Origin: Sphagnum compactum
Lineage: Eukaryota
Assembly: GCA_965153455.1 (NCBI GenBank)
Contig: OZ234493.1
Span: 27,704,213 to 27,768,212, forward strand
Direction: 5' to 3'
DNA length: 64,000 nucleotides
Shown here: positions 14,065-25,433 of the stretch, in pieces
How positions within the stretch are numbered: position 1 is the stretch's first letter
How the letters are laid out: each line of letters opens with the position of its first letter
Made by a program: the position numbers and the translations under genes
The notes under the pieces: model-generated
Seen by the model: only the letters and a program-made list of their open reading frames with translations
Databases searched by the model: none
Told to the model about the DNA's origin: nothing

Positions 14065-14962
14065 TGTTGCAACCTTAACCTTGGGCTCGCAACGAAGGCA
14101 AGGGCTTGCAAAGGTGTAAGTTAATAATGAAGCCTAGGAGTCACATTTCATGCTCCTGGGAATCACATTTCATACTCCTGGAAGTGTAGGAGAGTGTGAG
14201 GGAATGAACCCGCACACTCCCAAGTGAGTTCCCATTTTGGGAATTGGAGTCCCAATGAACTCTCAAATTTTTAGATGGCGATTGTAGGGGTCAAAAATCA
14301 TTAGATTAAAGATTTCATTATACCCTTGGAAAGTAGATGTTTAAAATGGGCTCGCATGACCCATTTGCGTATTTACATAAGTTATGGTCAAAAGAAGGGT
14401 CAAGAGTCAAAGTGCTAATTTGACTCCCAACCATTAAAAGTTGAGAATCACCCTAATTTACTTGCGTAGGTGGCGTGCCACATGCCACTGGAAATCTCTC
14501 GATGAAGGTTACAACTTTGCTTCCGACCTCACCTCAATCGAAGGTCTGCACAAAAAGGTATGAACTTCCAAGGTCGCGAAAGTCCTAATTTTGAGAATTT
14601 CGGGACAAAATGACATTTGGGGCAGGTCCCGTGGCCAAGCACAGAGAATACTATAAGGGGAAGGTGATGGCTTTCCCCAAGTCCGGGCCGTGATGAGTCT
14701 TGTGAATCTGTGTTTGCATGTGGTTCGTCCGTGCACCAAAATTGTTCCAACTATGCACTAATCAACTTGTTGTTTGGTTTGTGCAGGTCTATGTGAATAA
14801 TTGACCCGCTTGTCACTTATCATAGTCCCCATCCCGGACTCCAGCACACCCCTTTACCTTCGAAGTGCTGTGAACCAGGGAGTGTACCTCAACTCCATAT
14901 CCTTCCGATGTTTTCACTTTGGATTCGCAATTGATTCTATCAAAAAGCTTGGGGGTGCGTCA
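14065..14962. mobile_element. Solo LTR (~900 bp), TG...CA, 5-bp TSD CAACA
   Basis: TGTTGCAACC...GGGGGTGCGTCA, flanked by CAACA at 14060-14064 and 14963-14967. A second copy in opposite orientation lies at 53076-53987. Confidence 0.85.
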
Positions 14963-17369
14963 CAACATTAATGAATACCTTGCAAAAGGACATGTAATCA
15001 TCATGTGCATATTGAAAATGACCATGTCATTTACATTTTTGATATAATGACACACTTGGTCCTTCCCCTAATGGAAAAACTAAATATGTGCACCTTCTAT
15101 GTACATAGGAAGTAGATGCATTGCATTGAAAAAATGTACAAGTTTTGAAAGGGTATACAACAAATATGGCATGCCTCAAGGATTCAATGGTGACATGATA
15201 CTTCATGGAAGAAACATGTATGCACTAGTTTTAACCAACAAGGTGGAGGATATGGGATTTTGACAAGGAAAAATTAGGGAGGTTTTGGAAGGAGTTTACA
15301 AATTTTGAAGCTATTAACAATGCATATGGATCTTTTCAAGATTACAAATTTAACTTTTTTCAAAATCCTTGATATGGAATTTTTTCCACAATCTTCAAGT
15401 TGGTTTTAACACAAGAATTAAAACATCTCCCTATGCTTTAAAAAAATGGAAATCTATTGAGTAAAAGATTGTTGAAAGACAAATAAAAAGAAATCCTTTT
15501 CATGTCAATTAAATTCAATTTTCTATTCAATTAGCCGCAACATGCACCATTGTAGTACATGGGTGACTTCAATGTGAAATCTATTATTTTGTATTTTACC
15601 AAAATTTTGAACAATTATTAGCCTTTTTTGTCGAAAATTTCACACATGCAATCAAATTCATAAAAAGCACATTTGAAGGTAACCAAATTTGAACTTTGGC
15701 CTAGTCCATTCAAATGTATTAAATGTGAACCATCTAACTACAATGATAACATGAAACTTGTCACAATTATTTTACTTTTGATAATCATATTCCTTACTGG
15801 TTGAAAATTTCAAAATTAAAAATTCATATGCAAAGTTAAAAATTTAAAAATATATTAATTATTTGGTACACAAGTGCTAGTTGCTTAGGTACTATGGTAT
15901 ACACCATGGATAAGGTTTATTAAAAAAATGTTTAACATTCAACCCTAGTGGTGTAACATAATAAGATATGGTTTATAATGTTTAAAAACAATAAATTAAC
16001 ATTTACATTTATTTTTTCCATTAGTGATTTTTTTCCATTTCATGAAAAACATTTGAATTTTTTTGACATAAATTCCCTTAAATTTTTTTTTTGGGCCATA
16101 AAAAGTTTCAAACATTTGCAAAAAATCACCACAATTGCCTACAACATGAGATGGTGTTAAGTTTTTTTTACTTTCATATTTTGAATATATCCAAATTTGT
16201 CTAAATATCTTAATGGATGATCACCACTTAATAAAATCACAAAATTGAAAAAAAAAACATTGTTTTCCATTATCAAATCATTTTTCTCAAGTTGGATCAA
16301 TTGTTAATTAAAAAAGAAGGGTGGATTAAGAACAAATGCACAATATGGATTAAAAATTGCTTTTTTGAAATCATACCGTACATAAAATATGTAATTATAT
16401 AATACCTTAATACTTGTTTTTAAAAATTACATTTCCAAAATATTTTGATTAATCCAAATTAATTAGCATCCATATTCTCTATAAATGAAATAAAAAATAA
16501 TTCATGCAAATAAAACATTTGCACCACTTTATCAATTAAACTTCATATTTAATGTTGTTAAGGATAATTTATGTAAAACTATGTTATTATAACAAAACAT
16601 TATGATACAAATTGTGGTGTCAAACTCATTACACGTCTTTTTTACATAAATGCATGACAAACAATATATATTGCAATTTATAAACTACCTAGAATGCAAA
16701 CATTTTATTGCAAATCAATATAATTAAAACCTATTACAAAAGAAATAACTTCATATTGTCCAATAGTAATAATCAAAGATTTTACCATAAGCATGATGTT
16801 AACAAAAACAAATCAATCATCAACACTACAAAATCTTATGATTAAATGCAAACTAAAACCTAGCTTTTTCAAAAACATCACCTATTAACAAAACCCAAAT
16901 TGATCATATTGAGACAAATGCATCAACACAACAATGTTGTTTCAAATAGACACAAAGTTATTGAATAGATCAATATAAACCTATATATTTTGCATTAGAA
17001 GTTACCACATTACCTATATGCCATATTTTGTTTTACCATGAAATTCATCTTTCAAAAAACATTGTTAAAAATTCATTGAAAAAATTTAATTCTCATGATT
17101 TTTGAGCTAAAATAATAAAGATTAAGGACATATATAATAATTATAATTATAAAAATAAATTATAAAATAATTTCATCAAACCTATAGGCAGGGCTCGTCT
17201 GTCCCAAATACATTGTTTATCTTAGTTTTCTTTGATTCAATTTCTTGATCTCAGTTTCTATATTTTATACAAGAGATATTACATATTATATATTTGTTTC
17301 TATTGCAATTAATGGGTTCTACCAGGTCCTGGAACGGCATAACCGGTGCTCTCCACCATTGATTCACCT

Positions 17370-17800
17370 CACAAGTGGAACTGGGAAAACCAAAATGGGT
17401 CAAAGCCTGGTAGGGTACAATAGACCGTTCCATCAGGTGGTACCTAACAAGTGCTACTGGGGACTGTTCCAGATCAAGCCTGTTGATTTACATCACAAGT
17501 GGAACCGGCAGAACCAAAATGGGTCAAAGCCTGATAGGACACGAGAGGTCATTCTGTCAGGCGTACTGGAACAGTCCGCAGTAGGACCTGTTACTGGGGA
17601 CTGTTCGAGATCAAAATCGGATTTCATACCCGCCGTGAGGAATGGACAGAACCAAAACGGGTTAAAGCCCGGTACGCGGCAAGACGCCTTTCCGTCAAGT
17701 GGGACTTACAGGTTCTACTGGGGACTGTTCCAGATCATAACTGTTGTTAACCCGGGGTGTTGACGTCACAAGTGGAACTGGCAGAAACCAAAAGTGGAAC
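17370..17800 (+). repeat. Degenerate tandem repeat, ~125-140 bp unit, 3 full copies plus a partial one
   Basis: CACAAGTGGAAC...ACCAAAA...TACTGGGGACTGTTC(C/G)AGATCA recurs. Unit starts at 17370, 17494, ~17630 and 17767. Confidence 0.8.
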
Positions 17801-17849
17801 CAGCGCGCACGTATCGAGGGAAAGCACGACTCGTGGGAGTGAGAACCGT

Positions 17850-18314
17850 GGTTAGTTTTCACGGTGAGCTGATTGTAACCGGAGTTACGCCATGGCCAAA
17901 GAACGCGAAGAACGCACGGCGGCTTGTCTTGTCCGTCGCGCGACGGACTCGCGTTTTCTTGCGCGAATGGCCGACATGCTTCCTCGCATTTCTTTGAACT
18001 TTGTTGTTGCGATTTTCCTGTCGCAAGCGAGCATTTTGCAAGCTTGATCAAGCTCTAGAAGAAGCTGGAAATCTCGAGGAAGGCATCGGTTGCAATGAGG
18101 AACATAAATCTCAAAGGAGACCCGGCAATGATGTCATGATGAGCAAACGCTGGTGGGTGCGCGGGCAAGAAGCGGGGATGATGATGATGATGAGGATGAT
18201 GCTAGGGCAACAGGAAACAGGAGTCCGGGTTGTTCAATACAGTCTCGGCGTCTGGACCATCTTCAGGTGTAGAAACAGAACGTTAAGGTGGGAGTAGTGT
18301 AGTTGTGGGAGGAG
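17850..18314 (+). promoter_or_regulatory. Putative promoter / 5'-UTR exon of the RLD/PRAF gene (left in original orientation)
   Basis: CpG-rich, UTR-like sequence with an (ATG)n microsatellite. It ends in ...GGAGGAG, which joins GTACAACAG (a splice donor) when 18315-22028 is re-inverted. Confidence 0.5.
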
Positions 18315-21300
18315 CTTTTCAAGAGCTTCCACAAGCTGGGGATGTGAAACATCACAGTCTACCCCATGGCCTAGTTGGCCCCCTGACTCCTCTCCCCAAG
18401 AAAAAACTTCCCCATGTTTTGTCACCAGTGCAGCATGTCTTCCTCCACAAGAAACATTTTGCACATCTAGTACTACACCAGCCTCCAAAGGCTTGGGCAA
18501 CAGAGCATCCAATTTGATATCCCCAGGGATGCCAACTCTGCATTCACCACCTCCAAGTACACCATCTCCTATCCCCTCACCCCACAATAAAATGGCACCC
18601 AAGGCATCCCCCTCTTCATGCCCTGAACCATGGCTTGAGGAACTAACAGCACTTGACATGCTTATTCTAGAGTTGTCAGTCTGGATTCCCCCACCCAGTC
18701 TTGTATGCGCAGCCACACTGTCTGAACCTACATCAGAAGTGCCTAAATGCATTGATCCACCAATGGATCCTCCATCAAAAAATTTGCTCTTCATTTTAGC
18801 TAATAACTTTTCCTCTGATGAAAAATTCTTTTCTATTCCTCTGTGACAAGGACTCCCAAAGAAACTGAAAACTTTGCGAGCATCTCCACTATCCTGCAAG
18901 ACCCACAGAAATGGTCATCTTAGAAAGTACAACATGCAACCAATACATATGTCAACTTAGAATCTGTGTTTCCTGCAGGATCAGACAAACACCTCACTCA
19001 ACAAAGTTCACTTCACAATTCAACAAAGATTCCTTAGATACACATCTTCTAGAGTTCAGAGAAATTAAAATTGGTGAACTCAGAACAGAAAAGAGTCACT
19101 GGCTCTCAAAGCCAGTTAGAAATGGCAGAAAATGAACAACTTATCTGAAATAAGTACCCAGAATTTGTCCATACTTCAAACTTTAGTCAACCTTTAGAGT
19201 TGAAGGATGACCCAATAATAAGGCCAGCAAAAAGGAAAAAGAGGAGATCCCAATATGAAAACATACAGAAGAAACCAGAGCAGCATGAACATAAGAGATA
19301 GTCTCAAGCATGTTGAGTGACCTTCAACAGCAACATGCATGGTTGTGTTGACCTACCGTAAAATCCCCACCGACTTGATCAGCTATTGGCAGGAGGTGGT
19401 GATCAATGTCAGACATTGAGCAACCTAATGAGTTTAAGTCACAAATCTTGCAGACTCAGTCATAGTGCTCACAAAAGAGATGGAAATTACAAAGGAAATC
19501 AAGATATGAGAAGTAAACACAAAAGAAGAATCTAATTAGCAAGGAAGACAATAGAGATACAACACTGGAAACAAAGTGGGCTTTGAAAAGATCTGCACTC
19601 CGGACTAATAAGTGTTTGAAAGAACCATTTTGAAGATTCCAAATGTGGAAACACTAAGCAGAAATCTTTCTTTGTTAGACAAACCTCTGGTTCATTTTTA
19701 TAGTAACTTTGACAGTTTTCCTTTACTCCTCAGAAGACTTATTAAGTTTGTCTTGAACTATGAGGAACCCTAAAAAAAGAAGAGGTGTCATAGCAAAATA
19801 TAAGGCCATAATCTAGCTGAAATTTACACAGATAGGATGCTGCTGCAGCTGAAACACTGGCCTTTCTTATACACTGGTTGGCAACCACTTAATGCCTTAA
19901 GCAACTTCAATCGTGCGGTACATGCTGTCATCATGCAGCCTTCTTCACATCATTGTGCTCAGTGAAAGAAGCACACCTGATGCAAGCTGTTAAAGCTTCC
20001 AAATGGTGAGCTCAGTTGCAAGGTTTTTCTTGTCCAACCAATAGGGCTGCTGGCATCAGAGGTCCTTTCGATCTTCCCATGAGATCTTAATTTCCGCATT
20101 TGACAACCAGAGATCAAAGCCTCAAGGCCACAAAACCATACCTCAGCCTCTTCTTTGTCCTTGCAGATCTGTATGGAGAATACACATGTATGAGATGGCA
20201 GAGAAAACTCACAAAAAACACTTTGCAGGTAACATGACAATGGGTGGGGTCATAACCTTATGAGAGTCACGAACAAAGTTTCAGACCATCAACTTCATCA
20301 TGATAACAGTGATGAGCTGCCATGACTCCCCGCTGACTTCATCAGCTCCCAATGGTGGGTGTAGATGAGTATGTAATAATCCACCCTAAGTTGGACAAAC
20401 CCTTATGCAAACATCTGCATTGGAAGCAATGGGAAGACTCAGTGATGATGTTGGCTGGCACTTAAGAGACACAGCTAATTAGGAAAGCCATTATTATCCT
20501 CATTCAAGCTGCAACAAGCTTGTGAGGGTAAGCCTCATTTTGTTTTAGCTTGTCCTGTACACAGAATGCATTCAGGCGAGCTCAAATAGAGAGAAGCTTG
20601 TTCAGGTTAACAGTGCTAATGTTCAGTCTACCCATGACAGAATGCCAGTAGTCAGATGTTTTGGTTAACATATCATATTGTGATCATGACCTACAAGAAT
20701 GGGTGACACTTGGGTTGCAAGGTGTAATTTGAGGGCATGAACAACTACCACATCAAGTGAGCACTCCTCATTGGCATGAATCAGAAAAACTGATAGATAT
20801 TCCTTCTCTAGCTCATCCAGGGTAGTTCAGTCTACCCATGGCAGAATGCAAATAGTCGGATATTCTTGTTAACATATCATATTGTTCTTTATGACCTACA
20901 GGACGAGTGACACTTGGGTTGCAAGGTGTAATTGAGGGCATGAACAACTACCACATAAACTGAGCGCTCCTCATGGCCATGAATCGGAGAAAATGACTGA
21001 TACTCCTTCTCTGGCCATGGATACCTCTGAAAAATAGCCTATTGCAGAAAAAAGACATAGGAGGCTAGTTTGAGAATATTCCAAGTTAAATCAAGGCAGT
21101 TGTTGAAATAATCAAGCAAACCAGAACTAACTATGAACTTTCAAGCTTGGTTTTGCAAAGAAGATGATGACTCACAGTGCTTTCTCCTGGGACAATCCTG
21201 GATACTGTGTTCAACCAAAGCTTGTTCTCTTCCCTTCCAAAGTACAAAATCAGCAGAGTTTCATCCTGCAAAAAAAAAACCCCAAGGAAATCTTATTCTG

Positions 21301-21473
21301 CTGCTACAAGGCTACTCTCTGGTTAGAGATCCAGTAAAATAGCTCACAAGTTTCTGCTGGAAGGTGCATCCCAAGAAACGACTTACATTGGATAGTGTGA
21401 AGAGGCAAAACTTAGGTTTCCCCTGGCACCCATACTTGAGAAGCTGCGCACCCTTCTTCAGAGCAGTGATGGC
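18315..21473 (-). pseudogene. RLD: RLD/PRAF gene, N-terminal part (PH domain and first RCC1 repeats), inverted relative to the rest of the gene
   Basis: GT-AG exons on the minus strand: 21473-21387 (AITALKKGAQLLKYG..KPKFC), 21265-21176 (DETLLILYFGREE..VSRIVPG), 21038-20952 (AIFQRYP.PEKEYQSFS), 20168-19977 (ICKDKEEAEVWF.GL.ALIS) and 18893-18315 (SSAVSSSSHGSGHEEGDALG...WGEESGGQLGHGVDCDVSHPQLVEALEK). The first coding exon was not resolved. Confidence 0.9.
20621..21012. repeat. 204-bp-period tandem duplication including part of a PH-domain exon and its donor site
   Basis: GTTCAGTCTACCCATG.CAGAATG starts at 20621 and 20825. Both copies contain GTGACACTTGGGTTGCAAGGTGTAAT and GAGGGCATGAACAACTACCACAT. 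Confidence 0.9.
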
Positions 21474-22028
21474 CTTCACACATTGAGAAAAGATGTCCCA
21501 GTATGAAATCAGGTGATGCTGCCGATAACAACAGTGTCTTGGAACAACACAACCTGCAACCCTCAGTTTGATTGCAATTCCATCTGAATTTGATTTAAAT
21601 GAGATTCAGATCCCAAGATCCACATCCATACATGCAACTTATGAGGCTAAATTCACAGCACAAAATAGTCTAGTTTCTAATGTGCATGCAGATTATGCCT
21701 GAGAACAAAAACCTCTCTGGTTTGCAAGAGCTCCACATGCATAATGGCATCCTGCAGCAAGGCCTAATGGAGTTCTACCAATTTGTGAAATTGCCAAGGC
21801 GATTGAGAATATTGAAATTTGGACAGCATTCCCCTGGCATTTCCTCTATGTACAATTGGTTACTACAGCAGCAGCCTGGCTCTGATGTGAGCTTTTCCGT
21901 TGCTGGCAGACTACCTCTGTCTCTCTGTGGAAGCTCGGCTTGGGGGAGAAAGGCATTCAGTCCTTTGACGGAGCTAGTAGACTTGACGAAAGAAAGAGGA
22001 AGGAAGGAAGGGGGGCATTCTGTTGTAC

Positions 22029-25000
22029 CTGTTCATTGAGTTTGTTTCATGTGGCCAGTACCATTTGTGTGCAGTCACTTTGTCTGGGGACCTCTACACT
22101 TGGGGTGATGGCACACATAATTCTGGTTTGTTGGGTCATGGCAACAACATCAAGCCACTGGATGCCCAAACGAGTGAATGGGCCTCTAGAAGGCATAAGG
22201 GTGTCCTCTATTTCTTGTGGTCATTGGCACACTGCATTGGTCACATCTACTGGCCAGCTTTTCACTTTTGGTGATGGGACTTTTGGTGTGCTTGGACATG
22301 GAGACAGGAATAGGATGTATGCTCCAAGAGAGGTGGAACCTTTAAAGGCACTTAAGACTGTACAGGCAGCATGTGGGGTGTGGCATACAGCTGCTGTGGT
22401 TGAGGTGATGGTGGGCTACTCTAATGCAAGTACCTGTATGTCTGGCAAGCTGTTTACCTGGGGGGATGGGGACAAAGGAAGACTTGGCCATGGAGACAAA
22501 GAACAGCACTTGGTGCCTACATGTGTAGCTGCACTTGTTGACCACAATTTTCGACAGGTTGCATGTGGCTATAGTTTGACAGTAGCACTTACAACAGTAG
22601 GACAGGTTTTCACAATGGGTAGCACAACTTATGGACAACTAGGGGATCCAGAGGCAGATGGAAAACTGCCAGGGCTAGTGGAGGGCAGACTATGGGAGGC
22701 TTATGTGGAGGAGATTGCATGTGGGGTATACCATGTTGCTGTCCTGACTCAGAAGACAGAGGTCTGTACATGGGGTAAAGGGGCTAATGGAAGGCTTGGT
22801 CATGGAGACACACAAGACAGGAGTACTCCCACTCTAGTAGAAGCACTGAAAGGTAAGCAGGTGAAGAGTATAGCTTGTGGTGCTAGCTTCACAGCTGCTA
22901 TTTGTCGACACAAATGGTTGTCAGGGGCTGACCAGAGAGTGTGCTTAGGATGTTGGCAGCCATTTGGGTTCATCAGGAAACGGCACAATTGCTACAACTG
23001 CGGTGCTGTATTTTGTCATGCTTGTAGTTCAAAAAAGGCTTCGAAAGCTTTATTGGCTCCTAATCCAAACAGGCCATACCGTGTTTGTGACCCCTGCTTA
23101 AGCAAGTTGAAAAGGGCTGCTGAATCTGGAGTCACTGTTGGCCCCCTGTCCAGAAGGGTAGCCCCTAGCCAATGGCCAATTGAGGTTAGAGACAGTTTGG
23201 TTCAAGTGGAGCCCAAAGTTCCAAGAGCACAGCCACCACCATCAGAATCAGCCACAATTGTTGAAGCAGTTAAACATATAGACAGGAAACCTGTGCCAAA
23301 GCGAATGAAAAAACCTGAATCTTCTTCCAGCCGTGTTGCTCCTGCACCAAGTGTTGTTTCACCATGCCATCCTGGAGTACTGTGGATGTCCCAACCGGTT
23401 TCAACTCAGAATTTCAGGCAACAAACTCCTCAATACCCAAACTTAAAATTGCCTCCTCTTACTCTGTCCCTTCACCTAGGGCTGTTTCCAGAGCAGTGTC
23501 ACCTCTGTCAAGGAGGTTGAGTCCCCCAAGGGCCACAACACCCACTCCAACCATCAGTGGCCTCACAGTTACAAAGGCAGTTGTTGAGGATCTGAAGAAG
23601 ACCAATGCCACCTTAAGTGCTGAGAATATGAGTTTCCAGTCACAGGTACTTCACAATCCTACCTTCTACAGTGGAATTGCAAGGTGTCTAGTAATTGAGA
23701 TGAGCTAATTCTGTTAAGTCCTGTTGTTGACTTAATTTCCTGTGAGCCTTTGGGCTGTCAAGATGCCCTGAGACATGGAAGATGGAAAATGTTTTTTGCT
23801 GAACACTCAGTTGCTGATATGTTGCAGTTAGCTTTATATGCAAAAGCTTACCTGTAGTGGAAGCATTATGGTTGCACACAGGGTGTTCACACTTTAGAAG
23901 GATTTTGGCATAAGTGTACTGTACTTCCTTGGCTTGCACTCATCTCTTCTCATGTCATCCTATAAACTGTCTCTTTGAATTAGAAATTCATGGTATGGTC
24001 CATCCTACAGATTGAGAGCCTTTCTCACCAGCTTCTAAATCAAGAGAAGGAGCTGTAGCATTCCTCTCAAAAACTTCAAAATGCTATTGCAATGGCTACA
24101 GAGGAGGCTATCAAATCTAGGGCTGCCAAAGAAGTTATCAAGTCTCTCACTGCCCAGGTACTAACAGTTCATGTGGATGGTATGTTAGAATGGTAGTGTG
24201 GTTTTGTTCATCATCATAGAGATCAAAACATTTGTGTGTTGCACTGCAACCTTTAGCACAAAGGTTTTGTAAAGTTTAAGTTTTGGGGACTTCTGCTTAA
24301 AAAAATACCCGTGTTCATGTTATGTATTTGGATTGTACATTCAAGTTGTGACAATAGCCATAATTATAAAAGGTCACAAATTGATGTTCTACACCCTCAA
24401 TTATGTTTCAGTTTTGTGGACACTCTCACGGCTTCAGAAGTTGAGAGGTTTCTCTATCCAAATGAGTGTGTCTTTTGGTGCATTTTGCAGCTCAAAGAGT
24501 GGGCAGATAGATTCCCTAAAGGTGCCTCTAGACATGGGAGATCAGTGTCCAGATCTGCTGGTCATCCTGATATGCCAAATGACAGTCATCTGATGGCCAC
24601 TGCTGACATGGTGCAACAACCTGATGGAGAGGGAGCTCCACTGTTGCCTCGCAAATACAATGTCAGCATGGCAACCAAGAATGTTCATGAAGTGGATGCA
24701 AATGGTGTTATCAGCCCCCATTCAGTGTCAAGTCCTCCTTTCCCTGAATCATACAATTCCATGGATCCTGGGTCTAGTTCAAGTCCTTGTGATGCTACTG
24801 AGAGTAATTTTGGAGGAGTACGAGGCAGGGCACTAGCAGCATGCAAGTAGCTACCACTGGAGAAGGTGAGAGAAACAGGCTTGAACAGGCACGACCAAAT
24901 GAGGAAGGGGGCAGAACAGTGGAGAGCTCCTTCTCATCAGAGAATGGAAGAGAAACTGAAACAGAGTGGGTAGAACAAGATGATCCTGGTGTCTACATCA

Positions 25001-25433
25001 CACTAACCACATTATCGGATGGAGGCAGAGACCTCAAGTGTGTGCGATTCAGGTAGTTTGTCAATCTCATATTCCCTTTCCTTTTGTCTTTTTTCCTGCA
25101 CATTCAAAATTTCATGTGCAATCAAGACTTTCTGCTGTCAAATGTTTCAGTGCAGTGCACATGTAAAGCTATTTCCAATACTACATGGACATTCTGTTTG
25201 AATGCTGTATGAAGAAACTCTGCTCCAATAGAAGTTAATTGTCTGTTAAGCATTGGCTTATTTTCACCAGTGAATGATGTCATGTACCCTGCAGTCGAAA
25301 ATGTTTCAGTGAAAGGGAGGCAGAGCTATGGTGGGCAAACAATCAGGCAAGGGTCCATGAACAATATAACTTGTGTGGGCGAGTTGACAGGGTCAACAGT
25401 ACAACAGAACTTCATTCAGCATTCCATAGATAG
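22029..25433 (+). pseudogene. RLD: RLD/PRAF gene, C-terminal part (RCC1 repeats, FYVE finger, coiled coil/BRX-N, BRX domain)
   Basis: Exons: 22029-23645 ([53 protein letters not shown]), 24011-24157 (AAKEVIKSLTAQ), 24491-25052 ([14 protein letters not shown]...LKCVRF) and 25295-25433 (SRKCFSEREAELWWANNQARVHEQYN). Lesions: +1 nt at ~22152, frameshifts near 23360 and 24830, TAG at 24056-24058. Confidence 0.92.

Noticed and set aside
21940-22150. N-terminus of the 526-aa ORF as a real protein start
   Set aside because: It crosses the inversion breakpoint and reads the RCC1 exon out of frame up to the +1 insertion at ~22152.
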